This document shows, in pieces, positions 50,014 through 61,785 of a DNA stretch of 64,000 nucleotides; the stretch's first letter is position 1, and every line of letters begins with the position of its first letter. The notes below the pieces were generated by a model. It was not told where the DNA came from and did no database searches. It saw only the letters and a list, made by a program, of their open reading frames with translations. Source of the stretch: Amphiscolops sp. MND2022 (Eukaryota); NCBI GenBank assembly GCA_964187785.1, contig OZ076409.1:6636001-6700000 (forward strand), given 5' to 3'. The position numbers were made by a program, and so were the translations under genes.

Positions 50014-52928
50014 TCAAAAACTGTGAAATTGTCGAAAAGTTGGAAAATTTTAGTTGAAACGATATCGAATGGGAGACTTTTCAAACTCCGTATCTTTCGA
50101 ACAGTATGCGAAGCTACGATTTTTATTTCTAACCAAATCATCACGAACTGATTTTCTTCCTCGTGCAAGAAAATACTCGTGCACTTATCACATCGGAAAG
50201 ATTTGAAAACAATGTTTATACATAGAATGAGTCTTTTTGTGTTTTCACTTCGAGTCAAGTTGAAAAAAGAAATTAAAATTTGCTTTAGAAAAAAGTGTAT
50301 ATGCGTGGTAGGCTTGAGGTATCGTCAGTTTCTTGTCAGTTGTGTTATTAGGCATCATTGATTGACTTTTTGTGTGCGTGGTGAATTGGTCTTGTAATTG
50401 TTCGAAGTTACCTTTGTCCTCCAGTGCGTCCTTATATTTGAGACACCCTAAACGGGAACTTCACGCCCATTAGAATTAAAAGAGACAGCAACGTCTTGTA
50501 ACTGAGTTTGAATGATCGATTGCTACTTTTTACAGGGTTGATCAGCAATATAACAAGATATATCAACAAACAAAGGAGAACTAAAATACAATACTACAAA
50601 CAATGGACACACCAACTTTGTAGTAAATCGTCGCGAACGCGTCGACTAATGTTTGTTTCAACACTTTATGAGAAGTTTTAGCAGTTTGCATTTTCAAAGA
50701 ACAAAGCACCGCCGACAAGAAATAAAATGCTTTTGACCTTCTTGCTGTTTTTACGGTCGTTGGTGTTGTTGTTGTTGTTGTTTTGTATTTAGTGCTGTCT
50801 TTGAGCAGATATCTCCTCAAGAAATGATTCCAGAATATCTTCCTGTTGTTGCAACAGTTTTGACTGTCGCAAAAATTTGGCAAGTGCACAGTTGGTTTTC
50901 GATGTAAAAGTGGTGAAAAAGAAGCCCCACATGAAGTCAAGTTCTTGTTTCATACCCAAATGTTCGAAAACTTCCCTCAATTTGTTCACCAGTTGTCAAG
51001 TCCGGAAACATAACTCGGCTTGATTTTAATCATTACGCACAAATCGCGTTTGCTCTATTCGTGGCTGATGTTGTGAGCTTGAGGTCTACCCACATGAAGC
51101 TCAATTCCTGGTGTTTTTTTGATAGGAAGAAAAGACTGTTTAACTGAAAAATCAATGGCATGGGAAGAAGATTCAATTTCATCAGAAGTTCTTCTTAGGT
51201 AGAATTGCAATTTGAGCAAACACTTCTGCAGAATTTTTTCTGGAAGATTTCTTTTGTTTGAATACTAGTTCTAGAGAGACTGAAACAGCAACGTGTGAAG
51301 GATAGAAATGGTAAAATCATAGACTTGCATAAATTCAACCTAACACGCATTTGTGAGTCGGATGTAATGGAGTTGGCTTTCTGAATTCTGTTTTTGATGT
51401 GTGATGTCCACGATAAGTCAGTCTTCATTATGACGACGGTATCTTTCACAGATGCATGTCCCAGAAGTTAATTTCAAAACTGTGAAATTGTCGAAAAGTT
51501 GGAAAATTTTAGTTGAAACGATATCGAATGGGAGACTTTTCTAACTCCGTATCTTTCGAACAGTATGCGAAGCTAAGGTTTTTTGTTTCCAACCAAATCA
51601 TCACGAACTGGTTTTTTTCCTCGTGCAAGAAAATACTCGTGCACTTATCACATCGGAAGGATTTGAAAACAATGTTGATGTGAAGAATCAGTCTTTTGTG
51701 TTTTCACTTTGTGTCAAGTTAAAAAAAAAACAAAATAATAGTTTGCTTCAGAAAAAAGTCTATATGCGTGGTAGGCTTGAGGTATCGTCAGTTTCTTGTC
51801 AGTTGTGTTATTAGGCTTCATTGATTGACTTTTTGTGTGCGTGGTGAATTGGTCTTGTAATTGTTCGAAGTTACCTTTGTCCTCCAGTGCGTCCTTATAT
51901 TTGAGACACCCTAAACGGGAACTTCACGCCCATTAGAAGTAAAAGAGACAGCAACGTCTTGTAACTGAGTTTGAATGATCGATTGCTACTTTTTACAGGG
52001 TTGATCAGCAATATAACAAGATATATCAACAAACAAAGGAGAACTAAAATACAATACTACAAACAATGGACACACCAACTTTGTAGTAAATCGTCGCGAA
52101 CGCGTCGACTAATGTTTGTTTCAACACTTCATGAGAAGTTTTAGCAGTTTGCATTTTCAAAGAACAAAGCACCGCCGACAAGAAATAAAATGCTTTTGAC
52201 CTTCTTGCTGTTTTTACGGTCGTTGGTGTTGTTGTTGTTGTTTTTTATTTAGTGCTGTCTTTGAGCAGATATCTCCTCAAGAAATGATTCCAGAATATCT
52301 TCCTGTTGTTGCAACAGTTTTGACTGTCGCAAAAATTTGGCAAGTGCACAGTTGGTTTTCGATGTAAAAGTGGTGAAAAAGAAGCCCCACATGAAGTCAA
52401 GTTCTTGTTTCATACCCAAATGTTCGAAAACTTCCCTCAATTTGTTCACCAGTTGTCAAGTCCGGAAACATAACTCGGCTTGATTTTAATCATTACGCAC
52501 AAATCGCGTTTGCTCTATTCGTGGCTGATGTTGTGAGCTTGAGGTCTACCCACATGAAGCTCAATTCCTGGTGTTTTTTTGATAGGAAGAAAAGACTGTT
52601 TAACTGAAAAATCAATGGCACGGGAAGAAGATTCAATTTCATCAGAAGTTCTTCTTAGGTAGAATTGCAATTTGAGCAAACACTTCTGCAGAATTTTTTC
52701 TGGAAGATTTCTTTTGTTTGAATACTAGTTCTAGAGAGACTGAAACAGCAACGTGTGAAGGATAGAAATGGTAAAATCATAGACTTGCATAAATTCAACC
52801 TAACACGCATTTGTGAGTCGGATGTAATGGAGTTGGCTTTCTGAATTCTGTTTTTGATGTGTGATGTCCACGATAAGTCAGTCTTCATTATGACGACGGT
52901 ATCTTTCACAGATGCATGTCCCAGAAGT
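50014..52928. repeat. Tandem duplication, 2 x about 1460 bp
   Basis: 50014-51468 repeats at 51474-52928. ORF 50789 recurs unchanged at 52249, and ORF 51195 recurs as the C-terminal part of ORF 52655. Confidence 0.95.
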
Positions 52929-54680
52929 GGAAAGTCACTCGGAACATAGTAGTCCTGAATTTCACGTTCTTGTAAAACATTTGTCAATTTTCGTAGCGGG
53001 TAACACTTACCATGAAGATCGTACTGGAAAGCTGCAGCATTCTTGGTAATCGAGAGTCGATTCAAATCGTTGGCGAAAAAAGAACTCACAGTGGTTCAAG
53101 CAATCAAAAAGATCAGATACAAAGATGGAAAAAAGTAAAGCTCCTACGGAGAACCCTTGAGGTTATAGGTAGCTTCTGGGAGGTCGTAATGGCGTGACAG
53201 ACAAACTGGTATCTGTTTGTTAAGCACTCTATGAGGATTTGCTGCCGACTTCCACCTACTCCTATGTTGGACACTTTTAGCAGTAGTTCAAAATGGGGAA
53301 CTTTTTTAAAATTGTCATGTTAGCCCACACTGTTAAAGTGAACTTAATTGTAGTTTATCTCTGCACGAGTACATTTTTGTAAGAAGGAAAACAATTTCAT
53401 TCGAGAGGATTTTTTCAACAAAACCATGTTGACAGTTTGTAATTTGACAATTGAAACTATCGTAGACAGCTGAGTAAAAACATCTTTTGATACCTTCGCT
53501 GAAAAGTTGTTTAGTAACTAGTCGGTATGTTGATAGCTTTTTTGTGCTAGACTTTTTGTGTATTGGAGTGAAAGATACTTTTTTCCAGTTTCTCGAATGT
53601 TCTCGTGCAATGTTACGTTTTTGACAATTCGGCTGAGTGCTCTCTGCTCAAGAGTGCTAGAGTGCTGCTAACCTCTTGATCAAAGAAGGCGGAATACCAT
53701 GGGGTCTCTATATATAGTCTCATCTATTTTCTCCAAAATCTATTTCGTCAATTTTTGTTGAGGAAGCAGACTGAAAAAATTTGTTTGAAAAGTTTGAGGT
53801 CTGTCTGGCATTTGTGGACTCTTTGCCTTCCAAAGTAACCGTTGAAGGGAGACAGGACGCATTGCTCAACTGCTTCGAAATGATTGAACTTCACGAAATT
53901 GTCTCTTGTCTCTGCAGATTCTGTTTGATAGTCAAATAGATCTGATGCTCACTCTATTGCAAGAACCCAGCTTCCATCTTTACTTTCTGTTTACGATTCT
54001 CTGTTGGCTTAGTATTCAGTAGTTTCTTTTCGGTTTCCACTTTTTGTAACAAATGAGAAATCCCAGGTGCAAGCCAACTCGGTATCATTTGTCTATGTGC
54101 TGTTCGTCGAGGAACAAACTCATGAATCAGGTCATCAAGATTATCATAAACTTCAGATACTATGTTGTCTTTGTTTGAATAGCAAGTGGGTTCAAAAGTA
54201 GAATGCTCCTTATTTTCAAGAATGCATCATATTCGGCAGAAATGAAGCTGTAATTGGAAGCAGTGGATTACATCAGGACAGACAGTCCAAACTCTCAGGA
54301 AACAGGAACTCAGTTTTATCTCCAACTCACACAATACTAGGAAGATCTGTTGTGTGGCGATTCGATGAAACGATACGAACTTCAGCCAGTCTCAACAGTT
54401 TCTGGATTTTGAAACTCAGAGCTTCAGTGTTTCAATTATGATGACAAAGATTGGTAAAATGAAGTTCAAAGATTTACGAAAACCAATGAGAGAAAACAGT
54501 TTTATTGATACTGAATGTTCATGTTTTTTCAAGAACGTATTCTCTTGAATGTTAGAATATTGTACTTCTTTCGCTGAGCGCATACAACCTATAGAGAATC
54601 TGAGTCTCAGAACAACTGTGAAATGAGAAAACCACTACTTCGCTTCAGTAGTTCATAAGATGGAACCCAATTGCTGAGAA
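52400..54680 (-). mobile_element. Degenerate CR1/L2-like LINE ORF2
   Basis: FFANDL (YADD-like) and KDTVVIMKTDLSWTSHI..KAN motifs, with many stops. Confidence 0.65.
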
Positions 54681-54839
54681 GTGAAAACAGTTGGTGAGGT
54701 ACTTTTGGATCGAGTTTTGTGTGAGCGAAAAGCTAGATCGAAAATGGATCGAGTGTTTTGTGATCGAATTGTTCCGTTTTTGCTAGGGCATTGCTCCTGC
54801 AAAGCATTCAAAGGCGTTTTAAAGGCATTTTCTCTAGTG

Positions 54840-54990
54840 CCCCGCGGCCCCTTGGTTCTCCCATCTTGCTAGTATTCCCATCTTGACAGTGTTCCCATCT
54901 TAACAGTGTTCCCGACTTGCTAAGCGAAGTCGAACCGGAGCAAAAACCTAGTGCGATTGTAGTGGGTGCTGGTTTTTGTGACGGTAGGGG
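54840..54990. repeat. Interspersed repeat containing a 17-bp tandem unit; inverted relative at 57100-57225
   Basis: TTCCCATCTT..CAGTG repeated about 4 times. GTCGA...GGAGCAAAAAC.TAG...GTAGTGG..GCTGGT is shared in opposite orientation. Confidence 0.7.
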
Positions 54991-56529
54991 GGAGCGTTCA
55001 AACTACGTAAAAGACGCCATATTAGGTGGGAAAAGTATTGAAAATATTTCAAACGCTTTTAGACGTTATTCCTCTGTTTAGACGTTATTCCTGTTTCCCG
55101 TATTTGGTTTTGGTTTTTAGCTTCTAGAGGACATTTCGGCAATAAAGACGTTTCAGCGACAGTGTTGTCGCCGAATCGTCCGCCCCCATATTGTGGCTGA
55201 AACGTCTGTCGCCGGAACGTCCAGTATCCGATTTTGTCGAATTTACTTTTTTAACGTAGTCGGCTATGTTCTCAGACGCTAGTGCGCTGACTGCAGGATC
55301 AGAGCGGAGCGCTGTATCCTTTAGACTTGCCTGAATGTTGCTAGTTGGCGCCTTACAACAAATGTGCAAGTTTGTAGAAAACAAGTTTGTAGAGGTAAGT
55401 TTGTAGAAGAGTGATAGTAACTTTGGAAAAATTTTTTCTACAAAACGGTCATCGAGTTTTTCGAAAAACATTGATTGACTTTTGAGGCAGGCTTGAAGAA
55501 TTTTTCAATGATGCTTGGGTTACCAGATGACATAATTGTCATAAATTGAAATAGGAAACAATTAAATTTGTTTAATTTGGAAGCTGCACAGCGGCGAACT
55601 ATTTACAAAAACGTAATCAGCAATGCTCACATACACCTAGTGCTCTGTATGGAGGAGCCAAGCGAAGCGGAGCGACGTGCCATATGACCAATGCTCAAAA
55701 TACTAACCGCTTTTCTCAAGTTTGTAGAACATTTGGTCAAGTTTGTCGAATATCAGGACAAGTTTATAGAATCATATAGTACGTTTGTAGAAAAAAAGTC
55801 TACATTTTACCCACCCTTAAAAAAATTGTAGGGTCGTTCAAACTTGATTTCTACAAACTTAGTCTTATCCATGCACAACGTTTCGTAACATTTTTGTCTT
55901 GAACATTTCGTTAAAAATTCAATTCAGTTCTCGTCTTGAAAAAGTTGTTTTAACCATTGCTTGAGTTAGAATGGAGTAGACTTAAATATTTTTGTGGTCA
56001 TTTGGCGTACAGTTTTGAAGCAAAAGGACTCGGCCAAAAAATTAAGCCGAACCACATTAAGCCAAGTGACTTGTGACAGTCACTAGCACGGTAAAGAAAT
56101 CGAATATTCAAGCAGCTGTCAAGCATTCATTGATAATAATTCAAACAAATCTAGTTTTGCTACAATCTGAATGGGAAGCGACTGCCACTGTTCAAGTAAG
56201 GCTTTGGTTTTGGTTTCTAGCTTCTAGAGGACACTTCGGCAATACTTCCGCATAATAGAAATCTGGTTGACTTTCTTTTTAACCATTGAGCTTGCACAGA
56301 AACCAAAAAGCTGTTCGAGCCATCACAATGTACCGTTTCAGATTAAGAGCATATTTGATTATTCCTGAATCATTTAGCTTGAATAATTTTTTCCCAAAGT
56401 TGTACCAGAGACCCGAAGCGACGTTTATCGGTGAGACTTTTGTGTTGACTGCGGGGATTGGAAATCCATAATGGCCATAATCATATATGGCCATGAATTT
56501 ATGGAAATTGTTTATGGTACTGGTTTAAA

Positions 56530-56900
56530 AATGGACGTTATTCATAGAAAGCAATGTAATGGGTAAACATAGATAACCCTGAGTTCAGTTTTGTTGAAAA
56601 ACCTTTGATGCGTAAGAGTACCAAGTTGCAGCCCATTTGTCAAAAACGCTCCAAAGTATATCGACTTTGTTACTGTTCAAGTGGAGAAGAAAAGTGCAGA
56701 CATTCTACCAAGCAACTTTGCATTATTGTCGATGGATGGTCGCAGCAAAGTGAACACTTTATAGGATTTTTTGAATGTTTCCAAAATGAAGGCTTCAAAG
56801 AGAAACTTTTCAGCGTTTTCCGTTTCGCCGATGAAACAGGTCTTGGTTCGGATAGTTTTAGTGCTTTCATAGAAGAGTTAGGTCCAGTTAGAAGTTAGGT
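56530..56900 (+). pseudogene. hAT transposase fragment (first catalytic Asp region)
   Basis: FSFVEN and CIIVDGWSQQSEHFIGFF. Surrounded by GTTTGTAGAA/TTCTACAAAC subterminal-type repeats (55370-57000). Confidence 0.65.
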
Positions 56901-57228
56901 CCAGTTTGTAGTATAACAGCTTGCAGAATCAACTGGTCCTAGGTGGTACAGTTTGTAGATTGTTTTTCTACAAACTGGATCATTAAATTCTACAAACTGG
57001 ACATACTTCACACAAGATCCTCAGAGCTCCACCTAAGATATAAAGGAATAAGAATTGAAAACTGAAATGTGGATAAGATCCGGTGTATGCACGCTTGCCC
57101 TCATCGTCGCAAAGACCAGCTTCCACTACGATGGCTTCGCGATCTCCGTTCCCGCTAAGTTTTTGCTCCTACTCGACCTCGTTTAGGAAGATGGGAACAT
57201 AAGCGGCCCAAGGGGCAGCGGATCCCAG

Positions 57229-59530
57229 TTAGCAATAGTTTGTAGTGGTCAACTCGATCAAATGCTTTTGAGAAATCGAAATAGATAGCGTAGCCTGTTC
57301 GTTAGAATCAATCCATTCAAAGATTTTGTCATAAAACGAACGTAATTGAGTGCAACATGATCTAGACTTTCTGAATCCGAATTGATGAGGAGATAACTTG
57401 TTTTGTATATGCTTCAGAATAGTGTTGTAAACAATTCTCTCAAAAGCCAGGGATAATTTGGAGCGCAAAGCAATGGGGCGATAATTTGAGATTTCAGCTT
57501 TCCGACCATCTTTGAATATCGGGGTAATGATTGTTCGTTTCTATGGAGATTGGTAATCGCCTGATTGCATACTGAAGGAGATTAGATTTCAAAAGTGGAT
57601 TGATAGACTGTTTGAGCACTTTCGTAGACTTTAACTAGGTATGAAGTTCGGGCCAGTACCATCGCTAGATGATTTCAAGGCATATTTGACTATTTAAACT
57701 GGTACATCTAGTTCATTAACTTCGTTGTCTGTAAAATCGGTGAAAGTTTCACCTGACGCGTTAAACAGAGGCGAAAAACTGATTGAAGGCATTTCCAATA
57801 AAGTCGGAGCCACAAACCGTTTGCTTTTTTCGGTTAATCATTGTCTCTGAACCGTCAGAACTCTTTAGAATATTCAATAATCTATAGCAGTCGTTCATAT
57901 CACAATTTGAGCTACTGAAGTTATTAATAAATAAAATTGTGTCAAGTTTGAGGGATATTTTCAACTCCTTGCATAACGTGTTATATGCTAAGAAGTTTTT
58001 CAGGTCTAAGCATTTCAGTCGTTTCATTTCTGTTTGTAGGCAATTGAAGACGTGGATGCTATGAGAACTCAAATAACTCGGAAACAGCCTCCTTGTGTTA
58101 CTTTCACGATTCAAGAAACTATTTAGAATTGTTTCCAGGGACATTAGCCAGTCATCAATGAAGTTCTATGAGAATTGTAGCAGATCGAAAGAGAAAAGCG
58201 ACTTGGAAAGTTCCAAGTCTAGTGCTTGAATGTCGGAAGCTATGAGACTGAAAGGTCTGCAGTCAGTATTGATAGCCAAAGCCAACTTAGTTCTGGGAAG
58301 GCTAGGAGATACACTATAGTGATCCGAAAAAGATAGATGCTTCTCGATACAGAGAAACTCATAGTCATTGAAGTTGCTGAAAATCAGGTCAAAGACATTG
58401 CCATCCTTATGAGTTGGTTCAGTGAATAATTGGGTAAAACTGTTGGTGGTTGAAAAATCCATAGTGCTTGTGAGAGTTTCAGCATCGATGGCTGGAAAGT
58501 TCGCCCAATCTTCATCAGGCAGATTGAAATCACCCATAAACAAAACTCTGTCAATATGTTGTCTGCAAAAGAGTTCCGAGAACGAAGATAAGCAGTTAAA
58601 TACAAGTTCTTCAGGTATACGATATTCACTTGTAATTGGAGGTGATAGAGTAGAACAAGACCATACTTTTCTAGTGATATGCCGCAACAAAAATTAACAC
58701 TCGTATCCTTCTACTTTGATCGCTTGGAATCCATTCTTACCCAAGACAGCTACACAGCCATGCTGATTGGCTATTCGTTCAACGCTTGCTATGACCGAAC
58801 AAGCTGCAGTGAGGTAGGTATTGTCAGAGAGAGTTTCAACCAACCAAGTTTCAGTTAGGCAGGGAATTTCCAGAAGTCTAGATTGAAGGATGCACGATAG
58901 GTGTAGTCTTTTCTCTAGTGATATATTACTACGGCAGTTCAAAAGAAAAATATGTTAGAGATTTTTGAAGTGATTTAGTCATTTAACATCTACCGGTTCA
59001 TTGTCTTGATATAGCTTCAATTATTTAAATTTTGAGACAGCTGCGATCAATACCACTTCTGATCAATTTTAGCGCTTAGCTAGTAATTGTCTTCCCAATG
59101 CAAGGTCTTTAGGGGACAACTCAGCGGTAATCAAGATTTTTTTGGTGAGGAAGAATTTAATTTCAATGGCTTTTGCGATTACTTTTTGTGCATCCCAGAC
59201 ACATCCAAAGGTTTCAAGTATATTTCTAGTTCTGCATTTGTCCTTGTCATGTTTCCCGTTGAGTTTCAATAACATTCCCACTGCAGTTTAGATTTTTAAT
59301 AACTTCTACTTTTTTCTTACCATGTAATAGGCAATCAATAAAGAATTTGTGGTCTAATTCTGTAAGACCGGACATTCTGACTTTGTAATGATAATTTTTG
59401 TCTTCTCTATCAAAAGTATTTGAGGCAGTAGGCGTTGGTTTTTCAAGGTGGTGTTTTCGATAGGCATTTTGTAGGGAAATTTTTGCTCAAAAACATCTTC
59501 AAAATTTTTTTAAACTTCTGTTTTAACTTC
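57229..59530 (-). mobile_element. CR1-like LINE, 3'-truncated: ORF1 remnant, AP endonuclease, start of RT
   Basis: MNCRS, LTETWL, MGDFNLP, PTH..GNVFDLIF, SDH; YRPIA, HQFGFRKSRSC, DFSKAFD. Confidence 0.9.
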
Positions 59531-59547
59531 TTCCTTTGAGGATTCTC

Positions 59548-59907
59548 TCATGTTGTCAAAGACTGATCTATTGATAGTACAGGAATCACAAAAACAGGAC
59601 ACTTTTTCATAAGAGAATTCGAACCAAAGTACTTGTTTTCTTGATCAATATCTTTAAATTCACATCTAGTTTCATCAAATAAAGCTCTAACTGACAACAA
59701 ATCAATCTTTTTGTTCTGTAGGGCCTTTGTCAAATAATTCCCAATAATTGGAAAATTAGCAACCAATAATTGGGGCGGAGAATAATTAGCATTCGATGAC
59801 TGTTCGCCAATCATTGCAATGATTGTTTTTTCAATTTTTGATTGAACATCTCTGCTGGTGGTGGTATTCGGAAACACAATGAAAACCGTTCTACGGCATA
59901 CAGGCAC
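59548..59907 (-). pseudogene. hAT transposase fragment (middle region)
   Basis: LTKALQNKKIDLLSVRALFD..KYFG..PVF resembles the hAT insertion/middle domain. Confidence 0.5.
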
Positions 59908-59989
59908 TAATCCACCATCAAAGAAAGATCAACAACAACAGGATTGAACAAGTTGAATAGTGGAAGATAATAGTTCCTAGAAAAACTTC

Positions 59990-61785
59990 AGCTTCAATAG
60001 TACTTTTTGGGAAACGTGAACACCGGGGTACTCTCTGCTCGTTGCCGAGAAAACAGCAAAGCGCCTGGAAAAAAACTATTACCAAAACATCTTATGAAGG
60101 GTCCGAAATGTGAGAGTACAAAGGTGGTCGAGAGGAGCTGCGGACCTCCGTTTTATAAAGATCAGGGGTATAGATGAATCATTCAACTGGGGCCCCCAGT
60201 AATTTGATGTACAAGGAGTCTCCAAGCTAAAAGGGGTATTTCCAAACTTTCTCTTGAACGGACCGTGCGTAATGAAACCCATTTTTCATGATCGGACAAA
60301 TATGAAAGAAGCCCGTTGTTAAAAGGAGGGCGAGTAGAAAAATGTTGAAGACGGTGTCATGTACGCTGCAAGCTGCAGAGCCACCTTGCGGTGTCACTAA
60401 CGGTGCCATATAAATAAAAAAATGTAAAACCTGTATCAGATATCATGGACCTTCGTCATCAATCTGTGCCATGTGTATCATCTCGTCGGGAAAAGACACA
60501 CACCCGTGGTCTGCAACGAAAGTAGGATTTTGAGTCCCAGCGATTTTGAGTCCCAGCGATTTTGAGTCCCAGCGTTTTTTCCGCTTCGACAGTTTTTTTG
60601 AGACCTTTCAAAACGGTTCTAAATTCATCACCTAAATTTCCATCGTCAATGTACCATAAGTTTAGTTTCGACTCCAAACTGTCAATCAGATCCTGAATGG
60701 AATTCGCAAAAAAAGCCGAAGACTCAGGATCTCCTTGCTGGGCCCATTCACATGAATTGATTACTGAATCACCGTAAAAAAAGAAAACTTGGCTGACTGT
60801 ACGCCGAGTGTGAGTACTTTTAAATTTCAGGGTGTATGTTAGAAGTTGTTTCTTGCATGATTTCCCGGTTTATCGTATTGAAAGCGTTTCCAAAGTCAAT
60901 TTTCAAAATTACATTTTTTTGGGCCGGGGGTTTTCTATCAAACAACGGAAAACGTGTGAAACCAATTCAGCGCCCTTTTGGTACCTACACCTACATGTCG
61001 ACTTCCGTATCTTGTCGTACGCTTGACGTGATTCAATGACGTGATATCCGGAACATTTTGCGAACAACCGGCGGAAAGTATTGCCTAAAGCGATAGGACG
61101 AATTACTCCATCGGGTTTTTCTGGAGCAATTAGTTTCGCACCGAACGTAATACGGCCGAAGTTCGAAAGTTACTATTCTTTCGAGAATCACATTCACAAA
61201 ATTTGTTAGGGCTCTGAGAAAATGTATTCAAGTTTGCCCGTTCGACTTGGCAATCAAATCTTTCAAAACTTGGGGCGAAATGCCATCCAACCCTGCACTA
61301 TAAGCACCACAAGGCAATGTTTGACATGGATTTCACAAATATGATTAATTCTGGGTATCAAGTTTCCAGCTAAGGTCGGTAGTTTGTGGGAACTTTTTTC
61401 AAGTGAGCAACGCCTGAATGAAAAATCGTGACACTGAGGGATAGTTTTAGCTAAAAAAACCTACAACATATAAAGTCGGAAAGGCTCCGGGCCTGCGTTT
61501 TTGTCAAATTGGCGCAATTCATATGAACCCATCCGTTGCGGAGCCTACAATTTACCCAGTTTATGAACCCCGAGGGCTTCGAACACTTCAGAGCGTTATA
61601 GGTTGTGATGTTTTTCATCACAACTTAACCTCGAAACATAACCAATTGCAGGAATACCGCATTAAGGTGTGTTCCAATCTCCGCAAAAGAACAATCACCA
61701 AGAATAGTTTCTTCACAATGTTGGAAGTATGTAGGACCCAATTCAAATTATTCATCGTTCTACATGGGGAATTGCTTCAGGAGTC
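59990..61785 (-). mobile_element. Degenerate CRE-clade-like non-LTR retrotransposon with an upstream PHD finger
   Basis: RPIALGNTFRRL.AK, KGAE..SH, KIDFGNAFN, QQGDP, WYIDDGNL. PHD-like WVNCRLRNGWVHMNC..FICCR at about 61455-61600. Confidence 0.75.
60526..60573. repeat. 16-bp tandem triplication
   Basis: GATTTTGAGTCCCAGC x3. Confidence 0.95.
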
